From: Candidatus Njordarchaeota archaeon
GTDB taxonomy: Archaea; Asgardarchaeota; Njordarchaeia; Njordarchaeales; Njordarchaeaceae
NCBI GenBank assembly: GCA_029856055.1
Contig: JAHQWF010000002.1
Span: forward strand, 1 to 34,301
Reading direction: 5' to 3'
DNA: 34,301 nt
How positions within the stretch are numbered: the stretch's first letter is position 1; each line of letters starts with the position of its first letter. The notes under the pieces were generated by a model. That model was not told where the DNA came from. It made no database searches and saw only the letters and a program-made list of their open reading frames with translations. A program made the translations under genes and the position numbers. This document shows, piece by piece, positions 26,033-34,301 of this stretch.

Positions 26033-26974
26033 TTATTTTTTCTCAATCATGTCGAATTTATTTCTAACCCTGGAATACTTGCTGATTATAGATTTCATCC
26101 TTTTTAGTAAATCTTTTTCCTCTTCTGTACTCAATTTCCATTCTAATTGCTTCATATACGTGCTATGGGGTTTAAATTTCGTCTTAGCTTGCGATAAATC
26201 TATCGATATCTCGTTGTAAATGTTAATGTTGCTGAATCCTAGTTTCCCTAGATAATATAAGTAACCTATTGTGTTCGGATTGAATCCCATTAAATATGAA
26301 ACTAAACTATCTGTTTCTAATGAATTTTTCCCAGCGAAGACATAACCCCATTTCTTAGGTTCACCAGACACTGGCCCATTTCCCTCCATTGCTATGGTTC
26401 CATCGATTAAGCTGAAGTCGGGGTAAAGTATTCCTCCTAGAATCGCAATGTTAGCGTTTATTGCTTTATATCCCCTATGAATCTTTGATCTGTTATTTCT
26501 TCCTACAATCCCGCCTACAGCTATGTTTTTTAAGCTTAGAGTGACTATTACTGTATCATGTGTCTTAGCTCTGCAAACAGAGATAACAAATGGGGCTTCA
26601 AGGATTGTTTTGGAGACGGGTATCATAAATTCATCGAATCTAGAATTAAATATAGGAATCTCAACTTCAGCGTCCTCATGAATATCAAATAGCTCTAAAT
26701 CATATTCCTTGGATAATTCTTGTAATCCTAGTTTCCTGAAGCCTTCTATCGCTATTCCTATTGCAGGTCCTTCAGCAATAATTATCCTTCCACTATGAGA
26801 GAGATCATCTCTGAGGAATCTTATTAGGTGCGCTAAACTTTCCTTTGTTGTCATTGATAAATACGTGTACGTTGAAACCATGTTTACTTTTATTATAATT
26901 TTTCTTTCTTTTATCTCCTTCAGATTACTGGCAAAGAGCGCTTCATCGTAATTTCTGCTCATAGCTATAGTCAT
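26033..26974 (-). CDS. DUF362-domain protein
   Basis: 313 aa. IIIKVNMV.., RIIIAEGP and CRAKTHDTVIVTLSLKNIAVG fit the DUF362 pattern (..KPN.. / ..KtH....T..lKN..G). Confidence 0.65.
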   Translation of the reverse strand: MTIAMSRNYDEALFASNLKEIKERKIIIKVNMVSTYTYLSMTTKESLAHLIRFLRDDLSHSGRIIIAEGPAIGIAIEGFRKLGLQELSKEYDLELFDIHEDAEVEIPIFNSRFDEFMIPVSKTILEAPFVISVCRAKTHDTVIVTLSLKNIAVGGIVGRNNRSKIHRGYKAINANIAILGGILYPDFSLIDGTIAMEGNGPVSGEPKKWGYVFAGKNSLETDSLVSYLMGFNPNTIGYLYYLGKLGFSNINIYNEISIDLSQAKTKFKPHSTYMKQLEWKLSTEEEKDLLKRMKSIISKYSRVRNKFDMIEKK

Positions 26975-27319
26975 TTAATCACCTTATAGCCATACTGATT
27001 CTTAAGTTCTTTGAAACCGAGGATAGAATGGATTAGGGACTATTTCGATTAATAATCTTTAATTAAGCTATACACTAACTCGATATCTTTCATTTTTATT
27101 TCACTATTTAGAAATATATTATTATATTAAGTTGATTAGTTAGCTATATAAAATCTATTCTTAATTGATTAAATAGAGATATTCTGGAATCTTAGATACA
27201 TAAAGATATAAAATTATTATTGTATAAGATGTACATAGTTGTGTTTTTCGTGCGAGATACATTATTTGTGCTGTATATGAGATGAAGAATAAATAAAGTG
27301 TTACTATAGGTCAGAGACA

Positions 27320-28216
27320 ATGAGATTGAATTCAGATAAGATATTTGAATACATCTGTGTCTCTTTCGGTCTCGGATTATTGATTTTAGTATTACTGATA
27401 TTTTATGAGTTGATAGCTAATTCATTTCTGGTATTTGCGAAATTCGGTATTAATTTCCTTACAACTGCTTATTGGGAACCTGTTAAAGGTATTTATGGAG
27501 CGTCACCATTTATATACGGAACATTCTTTACAGCCACTATAGCACTAGCAATAGCTTATCCCGTTAGTATTGGCATAGCTGTATTTTTATCTGAATTATC
27601 ACCTAGAAAAGCGAGCCAGTTTTTTTCATCTTTAATTGATTTGATAGCTGCAATACCTAGCGTGATAATAGGGTTATGGGGATTATTCATTTTAGCTCCA
27701 ATTATAAGGGATGATGTTCAACCAATACTAAAGCATCTCTCATTTATTCCATTCTTCCAAGGCGAAACTCAAGGGTTAAGCTACCTAAATGCAATCCTAG
27801 TTCTCATTTTCATGATTATACCTATAATGACTTCAATCTTTACAGAGGCCTTAAGAAACGTTCCAAGAGATTTAAAGGAAGCTATGTATGCTCTAGGCGC
27901 CACTAGATATGAAGTTATTAGGCATGTATCTATACCAACTACCCGAACAGCGTTACTAGCTGGTATTGTGCTCGCGTATGGTAGAGCTTTAGGAGAGACC
28001 CTAGCCGTCACGATGGTTATTGGTAATAAACCTAATATCACTATTTCCCTCTTGAATCCCGGGTACACTTTGGCAGCTGTTATAGCTAACGAGTTCTTAG
28101 AGGCTACTGATGCACTGTACGTATCTGCCTTAATAGCTTTAGGCCTGATATTATTCTCAATCTCACTGACAGTTAACTTAATTGGTGCGATTTTGTTGAA
28201 GAGGTTATCCAGATGA
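27320..28216 (+). CDS. pstC: Phosphate ABC transporter permease PstC
   Basis: 298 aa with six hydrophobic segments and the PstC EAA-loop region EALRNVPRDLKEAMYALGATRYEVIRHVSIPTTRTALLAGIVLAYGRALGETLAVTMVIGN. Confidence 0.9.
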   Translation: MRLNSDKIFEYICVSFGLGLLILVLLIFYELIANSFLVFAKFGINFLTTAYWEPVKGIYGASPFIYGTFFTATIALAIAYPVSIGIAVFLSELSPRKASQFFSSLIDLIAAIPSVIIGLWGLFILAPIIRDDVQPILKHLSFIPFFQGETQGLSYLNAILVLIFMIIPIMTSIFTEALRNVPRDLKEAMYALGATRYEVIRHVSIPTTRTALLAGIVLAYGRALGETLAVTMVIGNKPNITISLLNPGYTLAAVIANEFLEATDALYVSALIALGLILFSISLTVNLIGAILLKRLSR

Positions 28217-30228
28217 CTATTGCTATAAGAAAGCTCAAGAATCTTTTATTCACCGTATTTGCTATAATCTCATTTATTGTGATCATAATACCCTTACTTC
28301 ACTTAGTATTCACAATAATAGTAAATGGAATTCAAGCAATAAACCTAGATTTCTTTATATCGCTCCCACCGCCTCCTGGATATCCAGATGGGGGAGTAGC
28401 TAACGCTATTCAAGGAAGCATAATTCTTGTAGGATTAGCTATGTTAATAAGTTTCCCGATAGGGTTTTTCGGAGGAATATACTTAGCAGAATACAGCAGA
28501 GGTAATTTATCCGAGTTAATTAGGACTCTCGTTAACGCTTTATCAGGTATACCTTCCATTGTAGCTGGTATATTCGCGTACACCATAATTGTCATTAAGT
28601 ATGGGTTCTCGGCCATAGCAGGAGCAATAGCCCTAAGTTTGCTCTCAATACCTTATATAGTTAGAACAACAGAAGAGGCTCTAAAAGCCGTTTCTAGAGA
28701 CATAAGAGAGGCTGGATTAGCTCTGGGTATACCAAGATGGAAGGTCACTTTATACTTAGTAGTAGGTGCGGCTAAGCCTAGAATAATAGCTGGAGCATTA
28801 TTAGCTATGGCTAGAATTACTGGCGAGGCAGCACCATTATTATTTACTGCTTTTGGAAGTAGGTATTTTACAAAATCAATATTTGAGCCAGCTGACGCTT
28901 TACCTTTACTGATTTATAGATTCGCTTTCTCACCATATTCTGAGTGGCATAGATTAGCTTGGGGTGCAGCACTAATATTAATTTTGGTGGTACTTTCCAT
29001 TAATCTAGGAGTCAAACTATACATGGGTGGAGGACCCAAGATTAAGATTAGTAAGAAAAAACTAGGAGCGATTACCCTCGTAGTATTGGTTTCAGGCGCT
29101 GCTTGGGCGATATATCCTAAGCCAGAAGTAATAAAGCTTAATGGTGCTGGAGCGACATTCCCGTACCCGCTTATATCTCTCTGGGCAAAAGAATTTCACG
29201 AAGAATACCCCAATATAACTGTTGAATACCAAGCTATAGGTAGTGGTGGTGGAATCAGAGCTATACTTGATCAAACGGTTGATTTCGCGGGTAGCGATGC
29301 GCCCTTAAACCCAAATGAATACGCTAACGCTTCACGCATAGGAACAATAATGCATATTCCCGAAGCACTTGGTGGCGTTGTTATAGCCTACAATCTTCCC
29401 GGATTAAATGGCAGGTTGAAACTGACTGGTGATATTATAGCTGATATTTATCTTGGGAACATATCTAAGTGGAGTGATCCTAGGATAAAGAACATTAATC
29501 CAGAACTAAATCTGCCTGATAGAGATATTATTGTTGTTAAGAGATCTGATGGAAGCGGAACAACGTATATTTTTACTGATTACTTATCTAACGTGAGTGA
29601 AACTTGGAGAGATTACATAGGAAAAACTAAGATATTTTCATTCCCTGATAAGATTGGAAATAGAGGTTTAAGCGCTCCTGGGAACCCTGGAGTGGCGCAG
29701 ATGATTCTTCAGAATCCTTACTCCCTCGGTTATATCGAGTTAGCTTATGCTCATCAACAAAATATGACTACTGCACTAATAAGAAATAAAGAGGGCTACT
29801 TCGTGGAAGGAAACTTAACTACGATCAGTGCTGCTGCAACAGGTGCAGCTCAAGCCTTACCATTACCTTGGGAATCTTGGTCCAATATAACAATTGTTAA
29901 TGCTCCTGGAAAACTAGCTTACCCAATAAGTAGCTTTACATACATATTAGTGTATAGGGAACAACACGACTTCAAAAAATATCTAGCGTTAAAGAAATGG
30001 CTAACATGGATCTTGACAAAGGGACAAGAATATGCGCCTGAACTACTTTATCCAAAATTACCTCCAGAAATAGTTGAATTAGGATTACAAGCTGTAAACT
30101 CATTAGTATATATAGGTGCATCTCAGAAACAAGAAACCTATTACTCTAATTCTCTTCATGGAATTAAAATTGCTGTTTATTCGAGCTTTAGATATGATTT
30201 AAGGCAAATTGAAATGTTTTTTTATTGA
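28213..30228 (+). CDS. pstA: PstA permease fused in frame to the PstS phosphate-binding protein
   Basis: 671-aa single ORF with an ATGA overlap with pstC. Residues 1 to about 270 are PstA-like (EEALKAVSRDIREAGLALGIPRWKVTLYLVV..ARITGEAAPLLFTA). From the in-frame Met at 29023 there is a signal-anchor (MGGGPKIKISKKKLGAITLVVLVSGAAWA) and then PstS blocks (GAGATFPYPL, YQAIGSGGGI, VDFAGSDAPL, RSDGSGTTYIFT). Confidence 0.85.
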   Translation: MTIAIRKLKNLLFTVFAIISFIVIIIPLLHLVFTIIVNGIQAINLDFFISLPPPPGYPDGGVANAIQGSIILVGLAMLISFPIGFFGGIYLAEYSRGNLSELIRTLVNALSGIPSIVAGIFAYTIIVIKYGFSAIAGAIALSLLSIPYIVRTTEEALKAVSRDIREAGLALGIPRWKVTLYLVVGAAKPRIIAGALLAMARITGEAAPLLFTAFGSRYFTKSIFEPADALPLLIYRFAFSPYSEWHRLAWGAALILILVVLSINLGVKLYMGGGPKIKISKKKLGAITLVVLVSGAAWAIYPKPEVIKLNGAGATFPYPLISLWAKEFHEEYPNITVEYQAIGSGGGIRAILDQTVDFAGSDAPLNPNEYANASRIGTIMHIPEALGGVVIAYNLPGLNGRLKLTGDIIADIYLGNISKWSDPRIKNINPELNLPDRDIIVVKRSDGSGTTYIFTDYLSNVSETWRDYIGKTKIFSFPDKIGNRGLSAPGNPGVAQMILQNPYSLGYIELAYAHQQNMTTALIRNKEGYFVEGNLTTISAAATGAAQALPLPWESWSNITIVNAPGKLAYPISSFTYILVYREQHDFKKYLALKKWLTWILTKGQEYAPELLYPKLPPEIVELGLQAVNSLVYIGASQKQETYYSNSLHGIKIAVYSSFRYDLRQIEMFFY

Positions 30229-30400
30229 TTTATGATGCTTTTTATGAAAAACTTTTTCAACCATTTAAATATATTTGATAGCTTCTGACCTATTCGAGAT
30301 GTATTTATAAGAAATTTTTATTTTTTATTTATTTTTATACATTGACTATTAAAATATTCTTCTTACGTGATTATTTATGAATGAAAATAATTAATCTGAT

Positions 30401-31177
30401 GTGTTGTGGTTTCTTATTGCTATATTTATTTTAAAATATATAGCTTTTCTATCAGGACTTTACTATTTTCCTAGGCTTGTATCACCTAACTTATTCTTAA
30501 TCACTTATCCATTAGGAGCACTACTTCCATTGATTACTGTTCTTATATTAAACAAATATTATCTCCAAAGAAATATGAGTGATTACAGGGTATCATTTTC
30601 TCTGGGCAATCCTATTTACATCTTAGTGGCTGTAGCGTATCCATTTGCTGTTATTGGTCTAGCAATACCTATAGCTTTTTTGGTTGGAGTAAGTGTTGAT
30701 TGGTCGTTATCAGAATTCTTTAAGATAGCAGAAATACTGGCTAAAGCGTTTAATTTATCTCTGTCTGATATAATTAATCTTGCTATTATCTAACTAACAC
30801 TTGGTCTATTCTATAATATTGCTTTTGCTTTTGGTGAAGAAGTTGGCTGGAGAGGATACTTTCTAACTAGGCTTATAGAGAGATTTGAGTTGATGAAAGC
30901 AATAATACTATCGAGTTTAACTTGGGGTTTATGGCATCTACCTACTTATCTCACTCCATATCTCTTATATAATCGTGAAATTGTTATTTATTCACTACTT
31001 GAATATCTTTTCATGGGTATCTTCTATTGCTGGCTCCGGATAAAGACCAATAGTGTAATTGCCTCATCAATTGCTCATGGAGCAGTAATTACTTATATTA
31101 GTTTAAGGAATTTCCTATTTCTGACTAGACCACTCCTTGGATTTATTCATGGTCTTTGTTTGTTGAAAGCATTATAG
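30401..31177 (+). pseudogene. CPBP (CAAX protease/bacteriocin-processing) intramembrane metalloprotease, interrupted by an in-frame TAA
   Basis: ORFs 30401-30793 and 30890-31177 are in the same frame. Translating across the TAA at 30791-30793 gives ..LAII*LTLGLFYNIAFAFGEEVGWRGYFLTRL..LWHLP..SIAHGAV, collinear with the intact paralog at 33260-34108. In that paralog the stop position is Gln (IYTIQFII), consistent with CAA>TAA. Confidence 0.8.
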
Positions 31178-31594
31178 CTATAGTTATATTATTTCGTTTG
31201 ATTAGAGTATTTAGTAATTGAAAATAAAGCTCCATACATCATTAGTGTTCAAATAGGGTATGGTGCAATATTAATGCATTTCGAACTGAAATTAATCTTA
31301 CTTATATTACCATTAATCTTCTTTCTCCTAAATCCAGAGAATAATTATATTTCTCATTCAAATAAGCAAATGTATGGAATATGGATCCTGAATTCGATCA
31401 TAGGGATAAATATTGGTTGAGAAGGGTTGGTGAATGGTGTATACCAGCAATCCATAAAGAATTAAATCAAACAAGTTCGGATTTTTCCGTTTTCGAGAAT
31501 TTAAGTAATGATATAATATTGCTCATCTGAGAGTAAATCGGGATCCTGAATTATATTCAGGATATACGACTATTATAGCTACTGTAACCCAAGG

Positions 31595-31987
31595 ATGGGT
31601 TGGCAAAATCGTTCTGGAGTCTATCAGCCTAAGCCTCTTAATATTAGCATGGTGGAAGATTTATGGTTAGAGACTAATTTGTTATCTGCGATTTGTTGGG
31701 GAGCTGAGTCTGCTATTGTGATTAATGCTTGGTTCGTTTTTTACGATGTATATATTTACAAACCATTATATTTAGTATACTATGATAAAATAATCTTGGG
31801 ACTAGATATCTATCTCGAGCATGTAAATACACTATTGTATGATTATGAGCTACGGGAAACAAGTAGTATTAGCGGAACTCTTATCTATATATTCACAAGA
31901 TTCTTCGATAGGGGCATTGGAAAATACAGAATAAATTTATTGCGGGAAAAAAAGTGCTATAAAAGTAGCACCAGATATGGGAGTTAA
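31595..31987 (+). CDS. Hypothetical protein (weak call)
   Basis: 130-aa ORF in a very AT-rich region. It overlaps the next ORF by 11 nt. No motif was recognised. Confidence 0.3.
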   Translation: MGWQNRSGVYQPKPLNISMVEDLWLETNLLSAICWGAESAIVINAWFVFYDVYIYKPLYLVYYDKIILGLDIYLEHVNTLLYDYELRETSSISGTLIYIFTRFFDRGIGKYRINLLREKKCYKSSTRYGS

Positions 31988-32270
31988 ATTAAATCTTGAT
32001 AAGGCTTATCTTTATCAAATTGAACTTGTTGCGGATGAATTCTATGGATTTACGGAGGCTAGACTCTCCAACCTCAGAATAACATATTCTCTTAAGGAAA
32101 CAAAAATTCACTACAAAAATTCAACTAGATTTTTGCTTCTCGCTGAAATAAATAGATTGAACTTAAAAATAATGCATTTTTTGCTAAATTATCTTTCCTC
32201 TAACTCTAAAGATTTTTATTATTTTTTGTATAAATTTGTTATAATTGGAATTAATAAAATAATATTATAG
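31977..32270 (+). CDS. Hypothetical protein (weak call)
   Basis: 97-aa ORF overlapping the previous one. No motif was recognised. Confidence 0.3.
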   Translation: MGVKLNLDKAYLYQIELVADEFYGFTEARLSNLRITYSLKETKIHYKNSTRFLLLAEINRLNLKIMHFLLNYLSSNSKDFYYFLYKFVIIGINKIIL

Positions 32271-32333
32271 GGATGTTAATGCTTGAGAAATTGACTGATT
32301 CTCTGGAAAGTTTTTTCAGTGTTTTTGGCTTGT

Positions 32334-33107
32334 TCAATATATTATTTCTTTAAGCGATACATACTCTTTTGTTGCCTTTAATAGCCAAATATTTCTTTTT
32401 CTTGCTTCTGAGACTAATTCTGGTAATGGCAATATAACATAAAGGACAAGAATGACATTCTTTCGCAGGTAACCTGGATACTTCTCTTTAAGTAATTTAT
32501 ATTTATCTAAGAGCTCATCTAGAATCTTTATTCCACCTCTTAAGCTTGCTTCACCAATCACGCACCAATCTTTATTAGCACCATAAATATTTATCTCTGC
32601 TTCTGGAAGTTTTAGAGTATCAATATCCATGCTTATTCCAGCCTGTTCGAGATGATACTTTATGAAAGATCTAGCTTCTTCCTCAACATCTACAGTAAGT
32701 TTCTCAACAGTCCTCTCAATTCTATTCAACCTAATATTTATCCTCCTGATTTCCTCAAGCATTTTATTAAAGTCCTCCCTCAAGCCCTTAATCTCGTCCC
32801 ATATCTTCGTTTGCTCCTCCCTCAAGCCCTTAATCTCGTCCCATATCTTCGTTTGCTCCTCCCTCAAGCCCTTAATCTCGTCCCATATCTTCGTTTGCTC
32901 CTCCCTAAGCCTAACCTGCTCCTCCCTCAAGCCCTTAATCTCGCTCTCTATTCTGTCCAGTCTTTTAAGCATTTCCTCTATGCCTATTAGACCAGCTACC
33001 ATGTACCTGAACTCTTCGTCTTCCTTTAGCAGCCTTATTATTTCTTTTTTAATACTTGTTGACAAGTCTTTTTCACCTCTTAAATTAGGTTTATTGCCTT
33101 GCATCAA
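32334..33107 (-). CDS. Coiled-coil protein with a 14-aa tandem repeat and a C-terminal restriction-endonuclease-like (apparently degenerate) domain
   Basis: 257 aa. The central (QTKIWDEIKGLREE)x3 is flanked by related heptad-like units. The C-terminal region EAEINIYGANKDWCVIGEASLRG resembles the E-x-D ... E-x-K core of PD-(D/E)xK proteins, but with N and S at the acidic and Lys positions. Confidence 0.6.
   Translation of the reverse strand: MMQGNKPNLRGEKDLSTSIKKEIIRLLKEDEEFRYMVAGLIGIEEMLKRLDRIESEIKGLREEQVRLREEQTKIWDEIKGLREEQTKIWDEIKGLREEQTKIWDEIKGLREDFNKMLEEIRRINIRLNRIERTVEKLTVDVEEEARSFIKYHLEQAGISMDIDTLKLPEAEINIYGANKDWCVIGEASLRGGIKILDELLDKYKLLKEKYPGYLRKNVILVLYVILPLPELVSEARKRNIWLLKATKEYVSLKEIIY
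32773..32898. repeat. Three perfect 42-bp tandem repeats inside the coiled-coil gene
   Basis: The unit TCCTCCCTCAAGCCCTTAATCTCGTCCCATATCTTCGTTTGC occurs at 32773-32814, 32815-32856 and 32857-32898. A degenerate partial copy follows to about 32950. Confidence 0.95.
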
Positions 33108-33259
33108 AATAAAAAGTTTCTGATAATTAAGAAGGCAAAATATTAAACAGCACTTGTAATTATTAATGTTCTGTTTTGGAAATAATATAAAAAAGGATAT
33201 AATGAAAGAAATTTAACCATTTGTATCATTTAACTTTTCATAATATATTTCATTTATTT

Positions 33260-34108
33260 TTATTTAGACTTCTTGTAAAATATGTAATACCAGATTATTG
33301 CAGCTATTATGGATTCAGATATTATTGATAATACTCCTGCTGGATACCCAATCAACCTATCTGTTATAAATAAGTAATATCCAATATTAATATAAGCGTT
33401 TATTGCTCCATGAGCTAATGATGGCATTAATATATTATTTGTCTTAATTCTTAACCAGGATAAAAATACTCCTATAGCTATGGTAAAGAAAAGAAATAAT
33501 ATTGCTCCGATATACCTTGTTTCGTAAGTATAATCATATCCGATGGATAGTATTAATGGCCAATGCCATAAACCCCAGATGAAACCAGAGAGAATAATAG
33601 CTTGCTTTAATCCAAACTCCTCCTCAAGTCTAGTTAGTAAATAACCCCTCCAACCCGCTTCTTCACCGAAAGCGAAAATTGTGTTAAAAAATGGTGCTAT
33701 AATAAACTGTATTGTATAAATCAATATCATTGTTTGATAAGAGAGACCAGCAAGTTGCGCCGCCTTCGCTAAATCGATAAATAGGTTGCTCATTGACCAA
33801 TCTACTTTTACCCCGATCAAGTATGCTATAGGTATAGATACAGCATTTACAGCAAATGGATATATTATGGCTATTGGGATGTATTTGTATTTTATATCGG
33901 ATATAGATATTCCAAAATCTCTTAAATCCATTTTTATAAATATTTTGTTCACTATTAAGACGCTTATGAGTGGAATGAACATAAGCCCTACTGTTGCCGC
34001 TATCAAAAGCTCAAAACTAATTAGCGCCAGAATTGATACCGTAATGCTCATTAACCCTATTGATAGAACTATGTAAGCAATTACATCTATCAAGTCATTG
34101 TTTTTCAT
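33260..34108 (-). CDS. CPBP-family intramembrane metalloprotease (intact)
   Basis: 282 aa and polytopic. CPBP motifs are present: FGEEAGWRGYL (EExxxR), GLWHWP (xxxH) and SLAHGAINAY (H). Confidence 0.85.
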   Translation of the reverse strand: MKNNDLIDVIAYIVLSIGLMSITVSILALISFELLIAATVGLMFIPLISVLIVNKIFIKMDLRDFGISISDIKYKYIPIAIIYPFAVNAVSIPIAYLIGVKVDWSMSNLFIDLAKAAQLAGLSYQTMILIYTIQFIIAPFFNTIFAFGEEAGWRGYLLTRLEEEFGLKQAIILSGFIWGLWHWPLILSIGYDYTYETRYIGAILFLFFTIAIGVFLSWLRIKTNNILMPSLAHGAINAYINIGYYLFITDRLIGYPAGVLSIISESIIAAIIWYYIFYKKSK

Positions 34109-34188
34109 TAAGTATCACCATTTTAATTATTTTTTATGGTTTGTCAAAAAATTCTAATTCTTGACGTCATAGCGTCAGATTTAAGAGT

Positions 34189-34251
34189 GGGGGGCCTCCC
34201 GTAATGTATTACGAGAGACTTACCCAACAACTCCTCGAAAGGAGGCCCCCC
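34189..34251. other. GC-rich structured element (candidate structured RNA or protein-binding palindrome); identity and strand unknown
   Basis: The 11-bp perfect stem GGGGGGCCTCC (34189-34199) / GGAGGCCCCCC (34241-34251) is a local GC island in AT-rich DNA. It encloses a CGTAA-TGTA-TTACG hairpin (34200-34213). An alternative CTCCT-CGAA-AGGAG hairpin (34231-34245) overlaps the right arm and would carry a UUCG loop if read on the minus strand. Confidence 0.3.
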
Positions 34252-34301
34252 TATGCGATATACCGTTTAGCCTTTAAAAATTTTAGCTATGATGCTCCAC
34301 G

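Noticed and set aside
27781-29274. Antisense ORFs 27781-28068, 28410-28616 and 29092-29274 in pstC and pstA-pstS
   Set aside because: They are shadow ORFs opposite clearly identified transporter genes.
30791-30793. The in-frame TAA in the CPBP gene as a recoding or read-through site
   Set aside because: TAA is not a known Sec or Pyl codon and no recoding signal is visible. The gene also has a truncated C-terminus compared with its paralog, and an intact paralog exists. A nonsense mutation is the simplest explanation.
31383-31563. A 12-nt direct repeat (GGATCCTGAATT at 31383 and 31541) and a 9-bp hairpin (31543-31563), considered as possible IS/MITE termini
   Set aside because: There is no transposase, no longer terminal inverted repeats and no target-site duplication. 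The matches are short and lie in AT-rich non-coding DNA.
32652-33123. Two plus-strand ORFs (112 and 153 aa) with repetitive Ser/Leu/Pro-rich peptides
   Set aside because: Their repeats are the mirror image of the 42-bp tandem repeat in the minus-strand coiled-coil gene. That gene has a sensible heptad-like sequence and a structured C-terminal domain, whereas these translations are low complexity.
33786-34076. Plus-strand 96-aa ORF inside the intact CPBP gene
   Set aside because: It is antisense to a CDS carrying all the CPBP motifs. It is a shadow ORF.
34189-34251. The GC-rich element as a tRNA or tRNA fragment (possible integration site)
   Set aside because: The 11-bp stem and the internal hairpins do not fit a cloverleaf: there is no 7-bp acceptor stem, no D arm and no T arm with a GTTCRANNC-type loop. 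No integrase gene lies nearby within the window.

Overview
AT-rich prokaryotic chromosome segment, most likely from a hyperthermophilic archaeon. Supporting signs are a CRISPR repeat ending in ATTGAAAG, GGTGA/GAGGT-type ribosome-binding sites, T-tract terminators and tungsten-type aldehyde:ferredoxin oxidoreductases. The organism cannot be named from the sequence alone. Left to right: (1) the leader-distal end of a CRISPR array with no cas genes nearby. (2) A tungstopterin island with a four-cluster ferredoxin, a divergent AOR-family enzyme, two MoaD/ThiS-like proteins, two radical-SAM proteins and a canonical AOR. (3) A multiply frameshifted GAPN-like aldehyde dehydrogenase pseudogene. (4) Two large uncharacterised membrane proteins. 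(5) A DHDPS/KDG-aldolase family gene and several hypothetical genes. (6) A sugar island with a mannose-family PTS (EIIB, fused EIIC-EIID, EIIA), a Gfo/Idh/MocA oxidoreductase, a TIM-barrel-like protein and a HAD phosphatase. (7) The most interesting locus: a two-gene split Argonaute, an N/PAZ-like half followed by a MID-PIWI half that lacks the catalytic aspartates, with no recognisable effector domain. It is followed by an Fpg/Nei-family glycosylase whose N-terminal Pro is replaced by Thr. (8) DUF362, then pstC and a pstA-pstS in-frame fusion, with no pstB. (9) Two diverged inverted CPBP protease paralogs, one killed by an in-frame TAA, bracketing hypothetical ORFs and a coiled-coil gene that carries three perfect 42-bp tandem repeats. 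(10) A GC-rich structured element at the right edge. All functional calls come from motif recognition by eye; no database search was run.
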